Part shown: in pieces, positions 1-12,908 of the stretch
How the letters are laid out: every line of letters starts with the position of its first letter
Numbering within the stretch: the first letter of the stretch is position 1
From: Tubulanus polymorphus
Lineage: Eukaryota > Animalia > Nemertea
NCBI RefSeq assembly: GCF_964204645.1
Contig: NC_134026.1
Location: forward strand, 21,362,150 to 21,426,149
Direction: 5' to 3'
Length of the DNA stretch: 64,000 bases
The notes under the pieces: model-generated
What the model was told of the DNA's origin: nothing
Database searches by the model: none
The model's input: only the letters and a program-made list of their open reading frames with translations
Made by a program: the position numbers and the translations under genes

Positions 1-10
1 TGCGTCTTAA

Positions 11-469
11 AGCCCGGCGCACACGAGGCAATTTTCAGTCGCCGGTTGCTGCGACCGATTTTTCAGCAACCATTGAGCAATCGATCGCTTGGTGTCGCCC
101 GTGTGCTACCACTGGAGACGGAGAGGCGATTATATTTCCCGCCAAACATCTTTATCATGTGACTTGTTAAGATGGCCACGCTACTAACCCGGGTGATGCC
201 GTATTTGGAAGTATCACATGATAATTATTCGCTTACTCATTGGCTAGGTTGATGAGGTGATCGTTGCTTGGTATCTCCAGCTACCGAGCGATCGCCGAGC
301 AATTTCTCGGCGACAAGCAATTTTCCGTCGCCCAATATCAAACATGTTTGATATTGGGCGACACGGAGCAATTCCTTTCGACGAGCAATCGCTGTCGCTC
401 GTTCGACGCCGAGCAATTCGGGCGGTTGCTCGAGAATTGCTCGAAACTGTCGCCCGTGTGCGCCGGGCT
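11..469. mobile_element. PIF/Harbinger-like MITE
   Basis: Perfect 15-bp TIR AGCCCGGCGCACACG (11-25) / CGTGTGCGCCGGGCT (455-469), TAA on both flanks, internal GAGCAAT/TCGCC subrepeats, GC-richer than the host intron. Confidence 0.85.
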
Positions 470-906
470 TAACAGACTTAAATCTGATTTCGGGAATGCA
501 AATATATAGTCAAATGTGGGTTTTTCGTAAATGATCCGCATTTGATTTCAAATATGTTGATATTTACCAAAATGTGCCGAACGATCCAGATTTATCGGGA
601 TATCAATCGAATTGAATTAAGATTTATGTACTGTTAGATTTACCAAATTATCTGGATTTTGCGCGTATAATTACAAACGCAGTTGAATCACACTATTCTG
701 TAGATTTTTTATATATTTCAACATATTTTACATACTTTACCTAGTCCAATCAAATAAAGTCCTTCAATCGATATTTTTAAATCTAAGCTCAAAACCCATT
801 GGTTCATCAAAGCTTTTGATTTACCTCGTCTAAGTTTTCTATGTTCTCTTTTTATGTATGATTTAAAGCCAATGAGCATATTTTATATGGAATTTAGGCT
901 GAATAA

Positions 907-952
907 ATGATTATTATTATCATTAATATTATTATTCTTATTATTATCATTA
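907..952 (+). repeat. Degenerate (ATT)n microsatellite in FGFR intron
   Basis: Imperfect ATT/ATC triplet run; explains the poly-Ile start of ORF 907..1395. Confidence 0.75.
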
Positions 953-976
953 TATGGGTATATCATATATTTGCAG

Positions 977-3900
977 ACTCGTCGTTGAAATTGAAGGGCC
1001 CTCCGCCGACGCCGTTGGAAGTTGTCGTCGGGCACCTGATCGTTTTGCGGTGTAAAGTGAAAGGACATCCGAGGCCGTTCACTTCGTGGTACTTCAAGGG
1101 AAAATCGTTGCAGATCGACCAAAAAAGACTCACGGTGAGCCCTCAAACGTTGAAAATCCAAAACGCGACGTTTTCAGACACGGGCGTGTACAGATGTCTG
1201 GCTGAAAATGGAAAAAAGCAGCTATGGGTGAACTTTACGGTGAACGTTATCGGTAAGTCCTCAACGTTAACGTTCACATATAATTTAAAGTCTTATCTCC
1301 GTCAATTGCGTTTCAAAGATTTTAAAAACGCGCAATTGCATATAATGCTATTTTGTTTTCTTCTTTTTTTAATGTTGATATGTTCGATTCTGTAGATCCT
1401 CCCAAATGGGACCCAGCTCCACCCGGCGAAAAATGGTTGGATCCTAAAGACGTTGATATCGCAAAGCCATGTAAGTACCGACACATGACACTAGCTGGCA
1501 GCATCAGCTAAGGCTAATAACTTCTGTGATCAATAGTCGATCCCTGAATATCTGCAATCTTGGGAACAATCATTATGTGGCAGTTCATCGAGGGTGGTTG
1601 AACCCATTTTAATCTTTTAACGATGAGCAAAACTTTTCAAATTGGACATTCAAAAGTTTGTATGAATAGGGTGCGTTAGTGCAGGGTGACGTATAACCGA
1701 GGGTTGACTCTACATTTTGCCAGTTTCAGCGAATAATGTTATCATGTATTTTTAACTAGTTTTCATTTTTCGTCCATTTCTCTTTTTCTTCAAGTGTCAC
1801 CCCATTGGAGTATCAAGCGTGATAACACCCGCACGATCATTCGACCGGCCGGTCAATCAGCCGAGTTCAGGTGTCACAACATCGGCAATCCACAACCGGT
1901 CCTCACGTGGTTTAAAAATGGAGAAAAGTTCTTGACTCGGCCATTTTCAACGGTAAACGATTGAAAGCGTACGGATAACAAAAACCCATAGTAATAACCC
2001 ATGATCATCATCATGTCTTGCGTAATTTATCAGAGTTTGTGTAGCCACAGGCCTGGGGGGTGGATTCTCATGAAAGTGGAACTTTTTTCATGGAAGTGGA
2101 AGTTTTATCTTGGAAATGAAACTTTTTGTAAGGTTCCCTCACAAATGTTGGGTCCTGGGAGTACTAGCGCAGAATAATTTTGAAAATGAGGTGCTAACAG
2201 AAGCAATTTCCCAACTTATAGCATATTTGGGGCAAAAATTTTGCATCTTTTACCTAAAATTTGGCCTCAAAGCAATTAAGTATCGATTTCTATGTATTTC
2301 AGGTTACATTTAGGAGGTATGCCATCGTGTTGGATGATCTGACGAATGGTGATAATGGAAATTATACGTGCGTCGTTGAAAATCAATACGGTTCGATAAA
2401 CTGGACGTTCAAACTGGAGGTCGTGCCGCATATACCGCGACCCCCGATGCTCGACGAAAACTTGCCGAAAAATTTGACGGTCGAAGTCGGACAAAACGCT
2501 ACGTTCCGATGTCGAGTTTTAACGTCAAAATTGCTGACCGGGTTTCAGTGGGTTAAACACATCAAAAAGGGCGGCGTATATCATGATGTAAATGGGCGCC
2601 CTTACGTCAAAGAATTGAAGAAGGTACAATCGATTTTCTTTCTATCTATGCCATGCCTAACCCTATCAGCGCGTCTACCCCGGAGTGTGGTGTATAAATT
2701 CAGTGGTAGACTTTGCTGCTAGTGCACCGCATTGCAGTGTATCCATGTAATTAGTAATTAGTTTTTATCTCTATTGAAAGATGGCAGCAGCTGTCAAACA
2801 CATTTGAATATTAGTTACTAATGATACACGGCGCTGCGGTGTAGATGTAGTATAGCCGTGTGTCCGTTATTCGACGCACTGGGGCAGAATTTCTATGATA
2901 TTTCATATTTTATCAAGCACCTTAGGCAATGATATTAATTAGTCGGCACTGAAAGGGTAAATTCAGAATCTTAGAAAAAAAGAGTTTTGAGTTTTTTTCA
3001 ATGGATATAAGCCTGTTTATATTGACGTGAAATTTTTTCTGCCAACAGAGCCCTGATAATAATGAAAACGGCTATGAACACTTGACGTTGGTAAACGTGA
3101 CGAACGAGACGGCTGGTTGGTACAGTTGTGTGGCTGGCAACAAGTACGGTATCAATCATCTAAGCGCTTGGTTAACTGTTGTTCCTGGTAAGTACTGCGA
3201 CCACGATGAACTGCGTCTTTACTTTTCTTGTCAAACAAAATCTCGCCTATTTCTTCATTTCAATGAAGAGCAGTACGTCCGATCCGATTAAAAAAACAAT
3301 TTAATTGTTCATTCATATGATGTCGATAGCCTTTATCTATTAAGTTAGCGCATTCGCCAATGTTATTAGCCTGTTTTGTCTTCGTTAACATCTTTTTCTG
3401 GCCCCAGAATACTAGGACATGAAAATTAACTGCACCTTTCATTTTCGCATTTATTTTTGGCTACAGTTGGAACACTACCGAGTCTGGCGCCGCGGTTGCC
3501 ATTACCTGATTTGAACTCGAATTTGTTGTTGATTGCGATTCCGTCTGGTGTGCTCGTTTTGATTATTGTCATCATATGCTTTGCTTGCTGCTTATCGGAA
3601 CGAAGGAAACGACGACATCCCGACTTGATGCCGGTCAAAAAGAAAGTTATCGTCATGAAGCAGGTGAGTTTCATCGATGCACTGTTGATCATCGTAGAGG
3701 TTGCAAATATCTGCTACTGCATGTAATTACACTTGTACGATCGGCACTTCTAACAGGGTGGCCACTTACCGTACCTAGAAATCCGGGAAAATTCAGGGAA
3801 CTTTCTTTTCTTTAAATAAGTAAACGAGGTGAATAATCAGGAAAAGGCTAAAAAAGGCTAACTATCAGGGATAAGTCTGGGAACTATATTTGGATTGCAA

Positions 3901-6627
3901 TATCGTGCATGAAATCAGACAGTTTCTGCCTATGTCTTACTACGTAAGATAGTGTGAATTGATTGGATTCTTAGCAGATAAAATCGGGAAAAACAACAGG
4001 GAAAAAGCTTGTCAAATAAAAATGGTGACCGTGTAATCATAGAGTATTGGCATAAACTGAAATTTACTTACTCTAAACATGGCAATATCCCTTTATCATG
4101 AAAATAAAAGAAAGTCTCTGGTGCAGACACGATAATGATTGTGCAGACAGGTTTCAGCAGAATTTTGTCATTTTCAGAACGATATGTATCCGACGTACTT
4201 GAAGGGCACGTCGTCGTCGAATCATTCTTTGGCTCCGCTCGTCGCGCCGACGGTGAAAATTCAGTGTCCTCGACACCGGTTATCATCGGAATTAACGGCC
4301 AATTCGGAATATGATATCCCTGAAGATCCGGACTGGGAAATACCGCGTGATACGTAAGCATCGTATTCATTCCAGCCTCGCTGGATTTTCAGATGGAGTA
4401 ATGTTCTGCTCATTATTGGTGACTGAAAGTTGGATGATAAGTTACAAGATTCCGAGCCTAACGATTGATTTGTTTTTCAGTTTGGTTTTGGGCAAGCCAC
4501 TCGGACACGGAGCATTCGGACAAGTGATCAAAGGTGAAATACTGGACGGCTCCTATCCGGTTGCTGTAAAAATGCTGAAAGGTAAGTTTTGTTAGGGATA
4601 AAGAGTAAATATGATTAGGAAATAAGATGTTCGTGGTACCTGTTTATAAAAAGAATTGTGTTAAATCTACAATGCGTAACCTGCATTTTGCCTTTATGGC
4701 AGATGATGCGACTGACCGAGAATTAGCTGATCTCGTTACGGAAATGGAAGTGATGAAGCTCATCGGTAAACACTCGAATATCATCAACTTGATCGGATGC
4801 TGTACGCAGAATGGACCGTTGTACGTCATCGTCGAATTCGCCGTGCACGGTAACCTACGCGACTTCCTGCGTCAGCGACGGCCGGCCCAGTCGCACCGAG
4901 ACACGAGCGGTTACGAACTACCCGTCATGAACATGGATGGAAAAGATACGAAGTCGTTATGCTACAAACACCTCGTATCGTTTGCATATCAAATCGCGAG
5001 GGGGATGGAGTATCTAGCCTCGAAACAGGTACAATACAGTCCTATCTTAATTGCTGAAATACTAGTTCCTATAAAGCGGGATGCACACGGAAGTCGAAAA
5101 ATACATTTCAAACAGAAAATGTTTTGTGCATTTTGTGCTTGGCACTAGAAAACAAAAAATGTTGATGTTTTCAGGTAGGCCTAAGAAGGCGGAGCCCAGC
5201 AAAAACACATTCTAGGTTTCATATGTCTGAACGGCTGGCTTAAATCATCAGGACCCAGTTCCAAAGTTGTGAGTAAGAGTTGACTCTGAGTTAGAATTAG
5301 TACATTTTCAATGTTTTAATTCAAGAGTCAAATCTTAACTCGGAACTGCGAAACTGGATCCTGCATTTCATGTAAATCTTAAATCGAAGCATCGATAGAA
5401 AATTTTCATCTGGCCAGTTGCGGTACTAGTTGTTTGTCCAGCGACATTGCAGGATTGGTGAAATCACGTTTTGATATTTGTTTTATAGTGTATTCATCGA
5501 GACTTGGCAGCACGAAATTGTCTCGTAGCGACAGAAGATTTCAAAATCAAGATCGCCGATTTCGGTCTGACGCGAAATATTGGCAGCGAACTCGACTATT
5601 ATAAAAAGAAAACTGATGTAAGTGTTTTCGATTCCCGTCGGATTCATCTATTTTTCGATCGATATCGATTGTCATTTCCGTCATTTTAGGGCCGACTTCC
5701 GGTGAAATGGATGGCACCAGAGGCGTTGTTCGACAGAAAGTACACGACGAAAAGTGACGTGTGGTCGTACGGTATATTATTGTGGGAGATATTCACGCTC
5801 GGCGGAAATCCATACCCGTCGGTTCCGATAGAAAAGTTGTTTGAGTTACTACGAGAAGGCCATCGGATGGAACGGCCGCCATACTGCTCATGGGAAATGT
5901 AAGTGTCTTGAGCCTCGTTAACTGTACGCATTTTGAATGTCACAGTTGCTAAGTGTGAGTTTTAAGCCACGATCACACAGAGACGATTTGGCCCTGGCCA
6001 CATTGGCATGGATCAGGCTCGAGCCAAATTTTGCCCGTGTCTATAGAGAGTGCACTCACGTGCAAACCACTCACTTGATACTAAACAATGCTTAAACAAA
6101 GCGAAGTGGGTCATTTCCGGTACCAGTTGCAATTCAAATGCAATCATTTGTCTCATGTTAAAATTTGGTTGAAACAAGCTCGGGCCCATTTGGCACCCAT
6201 GTGAACAGTTGTTCCGGGCCAAAGATGCTAGTGTGATCGTGACTTTTTTTGTTTGGACATATCAAATACACCTCAGAGATTCTGGAATTGCGGCTCGCTC
6301 TTTCTTCTATACTGCTTAGTTGCTAGTATTTTTAGGCTTTGCGGTAGGTTTTTGTGCATTTCATTCGAAATAAAATGAACATCTTTTACTCTTCGTTTCA
6401 GGTACACGGTGATGTTGAATTGCTGGCACAACAATCCGAAAGGACGGCCGCTGTTCTGCGAAATAGTGCAAATGTTGGAACAAATGCTAACGAAGTTTCT
6501 CAACGAGGAAAACGAAGAATATTTAGAACTCGTGCCGTTAGAGAGCCCACTAAGCTCCGACAGTCAATATTCCTCGATGTCGGTAAGCAGCACGGGCAGT
6601 GGCGCCAGCAAAGAATCGACTGTGTGA
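977..6627 (+). CDS. FGFR: Fibroblast growth factor receptor (3 Ig domains seen, TM, split tyrosine kinase); 5'-partial, signal-peptide exon(s) not in window
   Basis: Exons 977-1252, 1396-1470, 1795-1952, 2303-2623, 3049-3187, 3467-3663, 4178-4353, 4481-4581, 4703-5028, 5489-5617, 5690-5898, 6402-6627, all GT-AG and in phase. Ig motifs DTGVYRC, DNGNYTC, AGWYSC; [25 protein letters not shown]; [11 protein letters not shown]; [13 protein letters not shown]; VAVKMLK; [23 protein letters not shown]; [10 protein letters not shown]; DFG; [24 protein letters not shown]; C-terminal EEYLEL (PLC-gamma-type site). Confidence 0.95.
2667..2881. mobile_element. Degenerate foldback MITE in FGFR intron
   Basis: Ends CAGCGCGTC / GACGCACTG; inner inverted pair TGCACCGCATTGCAGTGTATC / GATACACGGCGCTGCGGTGTA. 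Confidence 0.5.
3754..4033 (+). mobile_element. hAT-like MITE (CAGGGTGGCCAC end), related in reverse to 19507-19771
   Basis: Starts CAGGGTGGCCAC; internal TCAGGGAA/CAGGGAAAA subrepeats; aligns by eye to the reverse complement of 19507-19771. No clear TSD. Confidence 0.65.
5252..5360. mobile_element. Short GGNCCAGTT-TIR MITE (CWG-flanked group)
   Basis: GACCCAGTTCC...GAAACTGGATC, flanked CAG/CTG; similar along its length to 46697-46804. Confidence 0.7.
5965..6244. mobile_element. PIF/Harbinger-like MITE
   Basis: TIR AGCCACGATCACAC / GTGTGATCGTGACT (13 of 14 match); TTA left, TTT right; subterminal TTTGGCCC / GGGCCAAA. Confidence 0.7.
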
Positions 6628-9290
6628 AAACTGTTTTCGCGAAAAATTTGTGTGACAAAAGACACAGGGACCGCTCCCGATTTTGCCAAAATTTCAGTGT
6701 GATATGTACGTATATAAAAAGAGATGCAAAGCACTCGATCGTGTTCTCGCGGGAGATGATGAATACTGTTACATTGCGTTATTCGATGTAGTGAGTAAAC
6801 GTTGTAGGCTAGCGTTTAATAATCATTCAATGGTCATTTCTTAACTCTGTGATATATCAACCATCGTTTGAAAATCGATTCTGTCAAAGAACCTCCTTTT
6901 GTCGGAAATCGAGGAAATTTCTACTCGGCTACAACTAAAGATGGATGGATATACCACGGTATATATAACCTAATCGTTAGTCGTTATTCGTAAAAACCGA
7001 TACTCAAAAAAGAGAGAGATGTCCGATGAGTTTGGGATTAGTTTGTACATTACGCACACACGTCTGACAGCACAAGCGATGAGCCTGAAACATGATTGAT
7101 AGACGATGGGTGGAGCTACGTTGTTGTACTTAAGTGGATTATTATCAGGTGTCCAGTGGTCAGTATTCGAATGCTGCTTAATTACTTTGAATTGTGATTT
7201 TCTCAATGACGCGAACTGTGATCTGGTGGAGCAATTGCACAGACGGTCATTTACTGACGGTATTGATCTATCGAAAAGTGTACTTAAAACGGAAAGGAAA
7301 AAACCGTTGTCGAAATTGAGAGAGAAATTGAACATGAACGAAGGCGGCGCAAATGACTTCTTCGAACATTAAAAACGATGAATGCTACTAGTTACTGAAC
7401 TTGCGGAATATTTGTCGTGATGTAATTGGTACTTAAAAAAAAAACGATTACAGTTGTGATATATATTGAAGAGTTTATCTATGTGATGTTAGAAATTTGA
7501 ATCAATTTATCACGCGTATTGAGATGTTTGAACCCCTGACCGGTCGGCGGTTCGGTTGTGGTCAAGGGAGACAGCAGTTTTGGACAGTTATTCACTGCTC
7601 TGCCTGTCTGCCGTATGCATGGGTTGTACGCACCGGCACATGTTGTACTTACATTCGCATTTATTGTAGTTACCAAAGAACGCATGCATTTCGTAGCAGA
7701 TTTATATTACACAATTTTTTTTTTCAGTTGAACGATTTTATCATCGCTTGATACGTTGAAACGTTGGACATTTTTTCGGTTTTCGGAGGACGAAATTTTC
7801 TTTGTGTTTGCTTGATATTTCTCTAACCCGAGTTGAGTTGATTTTTGTAAATACGTACGAGTCCTGTAATAATCACATCACAGCTTTGTCTGTACCGGAA
7901 ATAAACCTTAAACGCATTACGCATTTACGTCGCATACAAGACGGAAGTTTTTCTATTTACATCTCAGACAATGAGGCAGCATTTCATATAATCATCGACT
8001 GCCTGCGCATATTCAGAAATTTGTACGGACAGCAGACAAATGATACATTGCGTATTACTTTACGAACAATTTACCCACCTACGTCATTTTTTTAGACCTA
8101 CGGTATTTTTAGTTTTAATACAGTTTGTAGATGTTTTATATTTCGTACGTTCATTTACCGCAAAGTTCGATATTATTGCCTATCAGCGAAATTCTTAGTT
8201 TGCAATATGATATGTAAGGATCAGTCTGAATATATATTTTTCTTGTACTGCTGCCGAGATATTTTCTCCCCTAGTGCATTTACGCTGTAAATTTTTGTCT
8301 ACACTTTATGTTTTATGAAGATTTTGTTTTGTGTAACGGCAACCATAAATGGCAACTATATGTTATAGAAACCCATATAAGTCAAGATATGACCACACTT
8401 AGCTGGCTACTTCATTTGCAGATTAGATATTTTTCAGTACATATCCAGGAGACACATTTTTTCTGATCAAGAAAATAAAAAAGGCCATATTTGCCGCATG
8501 GTTCATTTCAGAGTTTTATGATCATCCATGACTGCCAAACATAGATAACAACTTTTAGTAATATTCAGATTTAGCTTGTATTTGTTTGTTTGTATTATAA
8601 GCAGAATTTTGTTTATTAGTTCGTGTTATTTTGTACTGATCATATCATATATATATATACACACAGGGCCTACCCTTCTAGATACGTGCTCAAAGTTTCT
8701 TTTTCCCGAATTCGAACTAAGCTGAAGTTGTGCTTCTTTTTACGGCTTAGGAGACCTGACGAGAGAATATTTGGGCGGACGTCTCAAAAAAGTTAAAACT
8801 GAAAAATTGACGGAAACATTTTCGTTTGTACGCATCCGTGTTGTATAGAAGATGTTTTCATTCAACCATAACGATGCTCACTGACACACACTGTAAAATA
8901 AAACAGTCCCCGACATTCCAGTGGGTATCCCCTTGTTAGATTCATCCCTTGTTAGATCGTACATCGAGATGATGTATGCGGCTCATTTGCCAGGTTTTCG
9001 TCCAGTCTTCGCATCATGAATACGTACAATATGTACAATATATCACCGAAACACTGATTTGCTACGTAGCGAAGTCGATCAAATCACGTGGTTGAGCCTG
9101 GACCAATTTTTCATTGCTCGATGTATAAACCAACCTTTTACATATGATAACGTAGAACATTATTTTATCTGCGTGTTGTATTGTTTATGGAGATGTGCAA
9201 CTGTTGTTGGTCAACGTTATTAATTACTTACTTACAACAAGCCACATAATTGTTGATTATACTTGTTATTCAGTCAGTTTGTCACAATCC

Positions 9291-9450
9291 GCAGCCTGGA
9301 ACCATCCCCTATAGACATTATGTCATGAAGAAATAATTGGTCTGTGTGTGTCCATTCATTACTTAAAAATGGCTAAGTACAAAATGGAAGAATGGTCATA
9401 GAATTTTTGAATACCCAAGGGGTGGGCCCCAGGCTGCAGTGATACCTGCA
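9291..9450. mobile_element. Small element with GCAGCCTGG/CCAGGCTGC inverted ends and a GATACCTGCA tail
   Basis: Same architecture at 58281-58497; right end only at ~35170-35200. Confidence 0.55.
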
Positions 9451-11014
9451 TATATTGCATATGATGGATGGAGGATGAATGGCCGAAGCCTGGCAAAGCA
9501 GGGCATTTGTTATTGCTTGTAAAGACTAAAAAAAAAAACTTAAGAGAGATGTAAAATTATGTATATACAAATGTATCTATATAAATGTACATAGCGTTAA
9601 AAAAGCACGTCAAGAAGAGAATATTAATGATTAAATAATATTAATGATGATAATAACAATAATGATAATAATAATAATACGTTACTCTTATTATTACATA
9701 CATTTTGTATATGTTGTATAAGTTCTCTTGAGGAAAATCTCTATTATTATCGATAAACGATTATTTTTTTTTTTTGTTCTGAAAAAGTTTAAATATTTCA
9801 AATACTTTTTATCGTGTATAATGTAAATACATATGATATACTACGGTAAATTTCACCTCGCACACATATCATTTGACTGAGTACTGTATATGACCCTCAC
9901 CATCGACAGGTCGGCGAATGACAAATTAACGTAAAGAGCTGACAAAATTGATAAAGAATTCAATAATGAATGAAATTGGAATCGATTTTACAACGTTGTT
10001 GTTGTTTGGTGGTAAAAGCCGGGGTAAAGGAAGGACGGTTCTACACGTTTTATAGGGCAAACCAAATGGAGGGGCGTAGAGGGTTGAGGTGAAGAAACTT
10101 GAAAAACAATGGTCTTCGGATATGTATCATTTTGGGTGAATTTTTTTGTATTTCAGAATTCTGTGTGTTTAAGGAAAGAAAAATTAGGATCCACCTTTAT
10201 CACTTAGGAGCCCCTGGATCCACCTTTTTAGGCCCCATCTGAAGTAGATGACGCGTCTTTAAGTACATACAGTACGATGTATATTATCTTGATTATTTCA
10301 TTGAGAAGTAGTATCGCTACAAATTATATGAATAATAACTATTCATCGTTGGATTGATTTTGTGCAGACATTATCCAGATCTTGATTTAATGTACATGTA
10401 CTGTATATTGTTAGTGATTCCATCCAGTGTTAAGATTTCTGAATTTCTGTTTGTATAATTTTATTGCATGGGCTGGTTCCAAATTCCAGTTATATAAGTG
10501 AATATTGAGTTCTGTATGACATATTCGATCATGATTTCTAATTCAAAGGAAGGAAAAGCGGCAGCAGATCTGCTGTTTGCATCCAGAGTGCAGCAAAAAT
10601 ATTCTAGTTCTAACTTTTTTGAAGTGCCGGTTGCTCAAAAGTTGTAAAATGCTAGACAAGGTAACATGTAGGATATCTATGGATATGTCCACAGGATATT
10701 GTAGTATTTTACACTTTAAGGGTGAGTCTAGAGTCTGGTTTAGGGAGGGTGTACCCCCAAAATAGGGCATATCATTGAGTTAAAAGGGCACCCAAAAAAA
10801 AACTCACCGTAAAGCATTAACTCATTTTTGGAAAAACAGAGAACAAGCTTATGAATCTAGTTCATTATTTTTCATTTTCCTGTACAATTTCAGGGCAACT
10901 TTTTTAAGAGGAGGTGCACACCCTGTACCCTCCCATTGGATCTACCCTTGCACTTTTAACTTTCATTAAGTAAATTTATATAGAACAGTATAACTGGATT
11001 CAGGTTATCGTTAA

Positions 11015-11123
11015 AGCGGGGAACACTGCAATTAATGCGTTTGTAAAAAATGTATTGATGTATTGATAATTGCATATATTTAGACTGGTTTGCAAAGCGA
11101 TTTGCTCAATAGTGTCCCCCGCT
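11015..11123. mobile_element. Short MITE, TAA/TTAA-type target
   Basis: TIR AGCGGGGAACACT / AGTGTCCCCCGCT (12 of 13 match), TTAA on the left flank. Confidence 0.55.
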
Positions 11124-11193
11124 AAAATAACCATCAAAAACAGGCCAAACAAATTGAACAAATAGAATAGTGTAATAAAAGTGTTCGAACTTA

Positions 11194-11435
11194 AGCTTGT
11201 GACAGACGGGCCAGTTTCATCGGCAAATCATGCGCAATATAATTTACCTGCGATTGAATTAGGGAGATCAAAGTTTGGAATGATAAAATCGCCGATCAAA
11301 TGAGCACATGATTCAGGTATATCTGTATTTTTTCGCTGAATTTAGAGCAAAATTAGCAATTGCCGATTTTGACAAACTACATGGGATTTGGGAAAATCTA
11401 TTTGCCGAATAGATTCCGCTCGTCTGTCATTGGCT
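11194..11435. mobile_element. PIF/Harbinger-like MITE
   Basis: AGCTTGTGACAGACG / CGTCTGTCATTGGCT, TTA on both flanks, subterminal TCGGCAAAT / ATTTGCCGA. Confidence 0.75.
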
Positions 11436-12757
11436 TTACTGCTTACTATGATATTCTGGAGAAAAATATTCTTGCTCGAAATAATGTTAGTTTCTGGGCT
11501 CGCATTTCATAGCACATATACTGGTAGTCAACGTAACTGATCTGTGTCACGTTATTTGAATGAATTTTTCTGCGTTTGGGACCATTTTCATACAATAAAA
11601 CTATGAGAAACTATATACATAAATATATATATATATCGATGTGTATTATATAAAAATGTAGTTGTTACATCGCAAATACGTGTATGGGTACATAATCAGA
11701 AATTCATTTTAATCATCGCTGGACAAACGTAAAGATTAGGCTAAAATATTGATACCTTGTTCCTTGTTTTTACTGAGCGTAAACGTTGATCCAGCTGGCC
11801 ACCTATCTCTACAATACTTTCTTTTTAATATCATGGTCAAGCTAACCATTTACACACCTGGCAGTTATAGCAATGAACTGATTACAAATCAGTTTACTGC
11901 AGTTTACAAAATAACTCTGCCGATTAGGAGAAACAGGGTATCCTTTTATTTTAGCCTAAAGAAAAAGATTGTCAACTGGGCACATAACAGTGAAATCAGA
12001 TTCTATAACAAACTCGATGTAATGATCTTTCGAATATAATGCACCAAATTGAAAATATATGATTGATTTCCTGCTGGATATAACAACTATTGCCAACAAA
12101 TATACAGATTGTTCTTAAAAGGTTGCACTTCAGTCTTTCTTGACCATTTGGTTTTTTTGTTTTGTAAAAGAGCACCAAAAATGATTTTGAATTTCTTCAT
12201 ACTTGCCGATTACTGCCAAATTTCTATGAAAATAACAGGTATTGATGAATAAGACAAATTTGATTTGTGCTGATCTGAGTGAAAATTTACAGAAAAACGC
12301 AATTATTTTTTGTTGTGGAGATTATGAAGAACGAATTGTCTTCATTAAATTTTACGTTTCGATTATTCCTTTTTCTATTTTCATTCGTTGATTGTATCGG
12401 AAAATCTACTTTAAAAGATTGCAAATTCCAGTGCTGGATTTCATCTTTCCTGTGTACATGTGTATTATGAAAATAATTAGAATAAAAAACATTAACATTA
12501 ACTGATCGTAGTTGTTCTCTTGCTGGTCTTTCATCTGCTTCGTGCACTAGACTTTCATTTACTCGTAGTTGAGATGGTACAGTATTCATTACCAGGACAT
12601 CACTTTGAGATTCAGAAAATGGGAAATGTACATGTACATAGATGCAATTGAAATGAAGGATACAATCGCTGTGAGGATAGAAATGAACTAGTCGAAAGCA
12701 TAAAGGAAAAGAGACGGTCAACAGGGCCATCTCAAAGTAAGTTGGGCTTAGTAATTA

Positions 12758-12908
12758 CAGTGGCATTGGAACTGCAGTGGCAATAATTTATTGAATGACG
12801 TTTTTTTGTTTGTTACGAAATTGAAGTAAATTCGCTGCAGCAACATATAAGAACCTGACAAAAATCGGCAACTGGCCGCGGCAATAAAAAAATGCTTCCA
12901 TGGCCCTG
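12758..12908 (+). mobile_element. CAGTGGC..CCTG MITE, copy 1 (same family as 33061-33245)
   Basis: Collinear similarity with 33061-33245: AATAATTTA, AAGTAAATTC, GCAGCAACAT, AAAATCGG, TGGCCGC, TGCTTCCA. Confidence 0.7.

Noticed and set aside
257-541. Three overlapping short ORFs
   Set aside because: They lie mostly inside the GC-rich MITE and have no transposase motifs.
907-976. Hydrophobic poly-Ile start of ORF 907..1395 resembling a signal peptide
   Set aside because: It is an (ATT)n microsatellite upstream of a good TTTGCAG acceptor at 976, so it is intronic.
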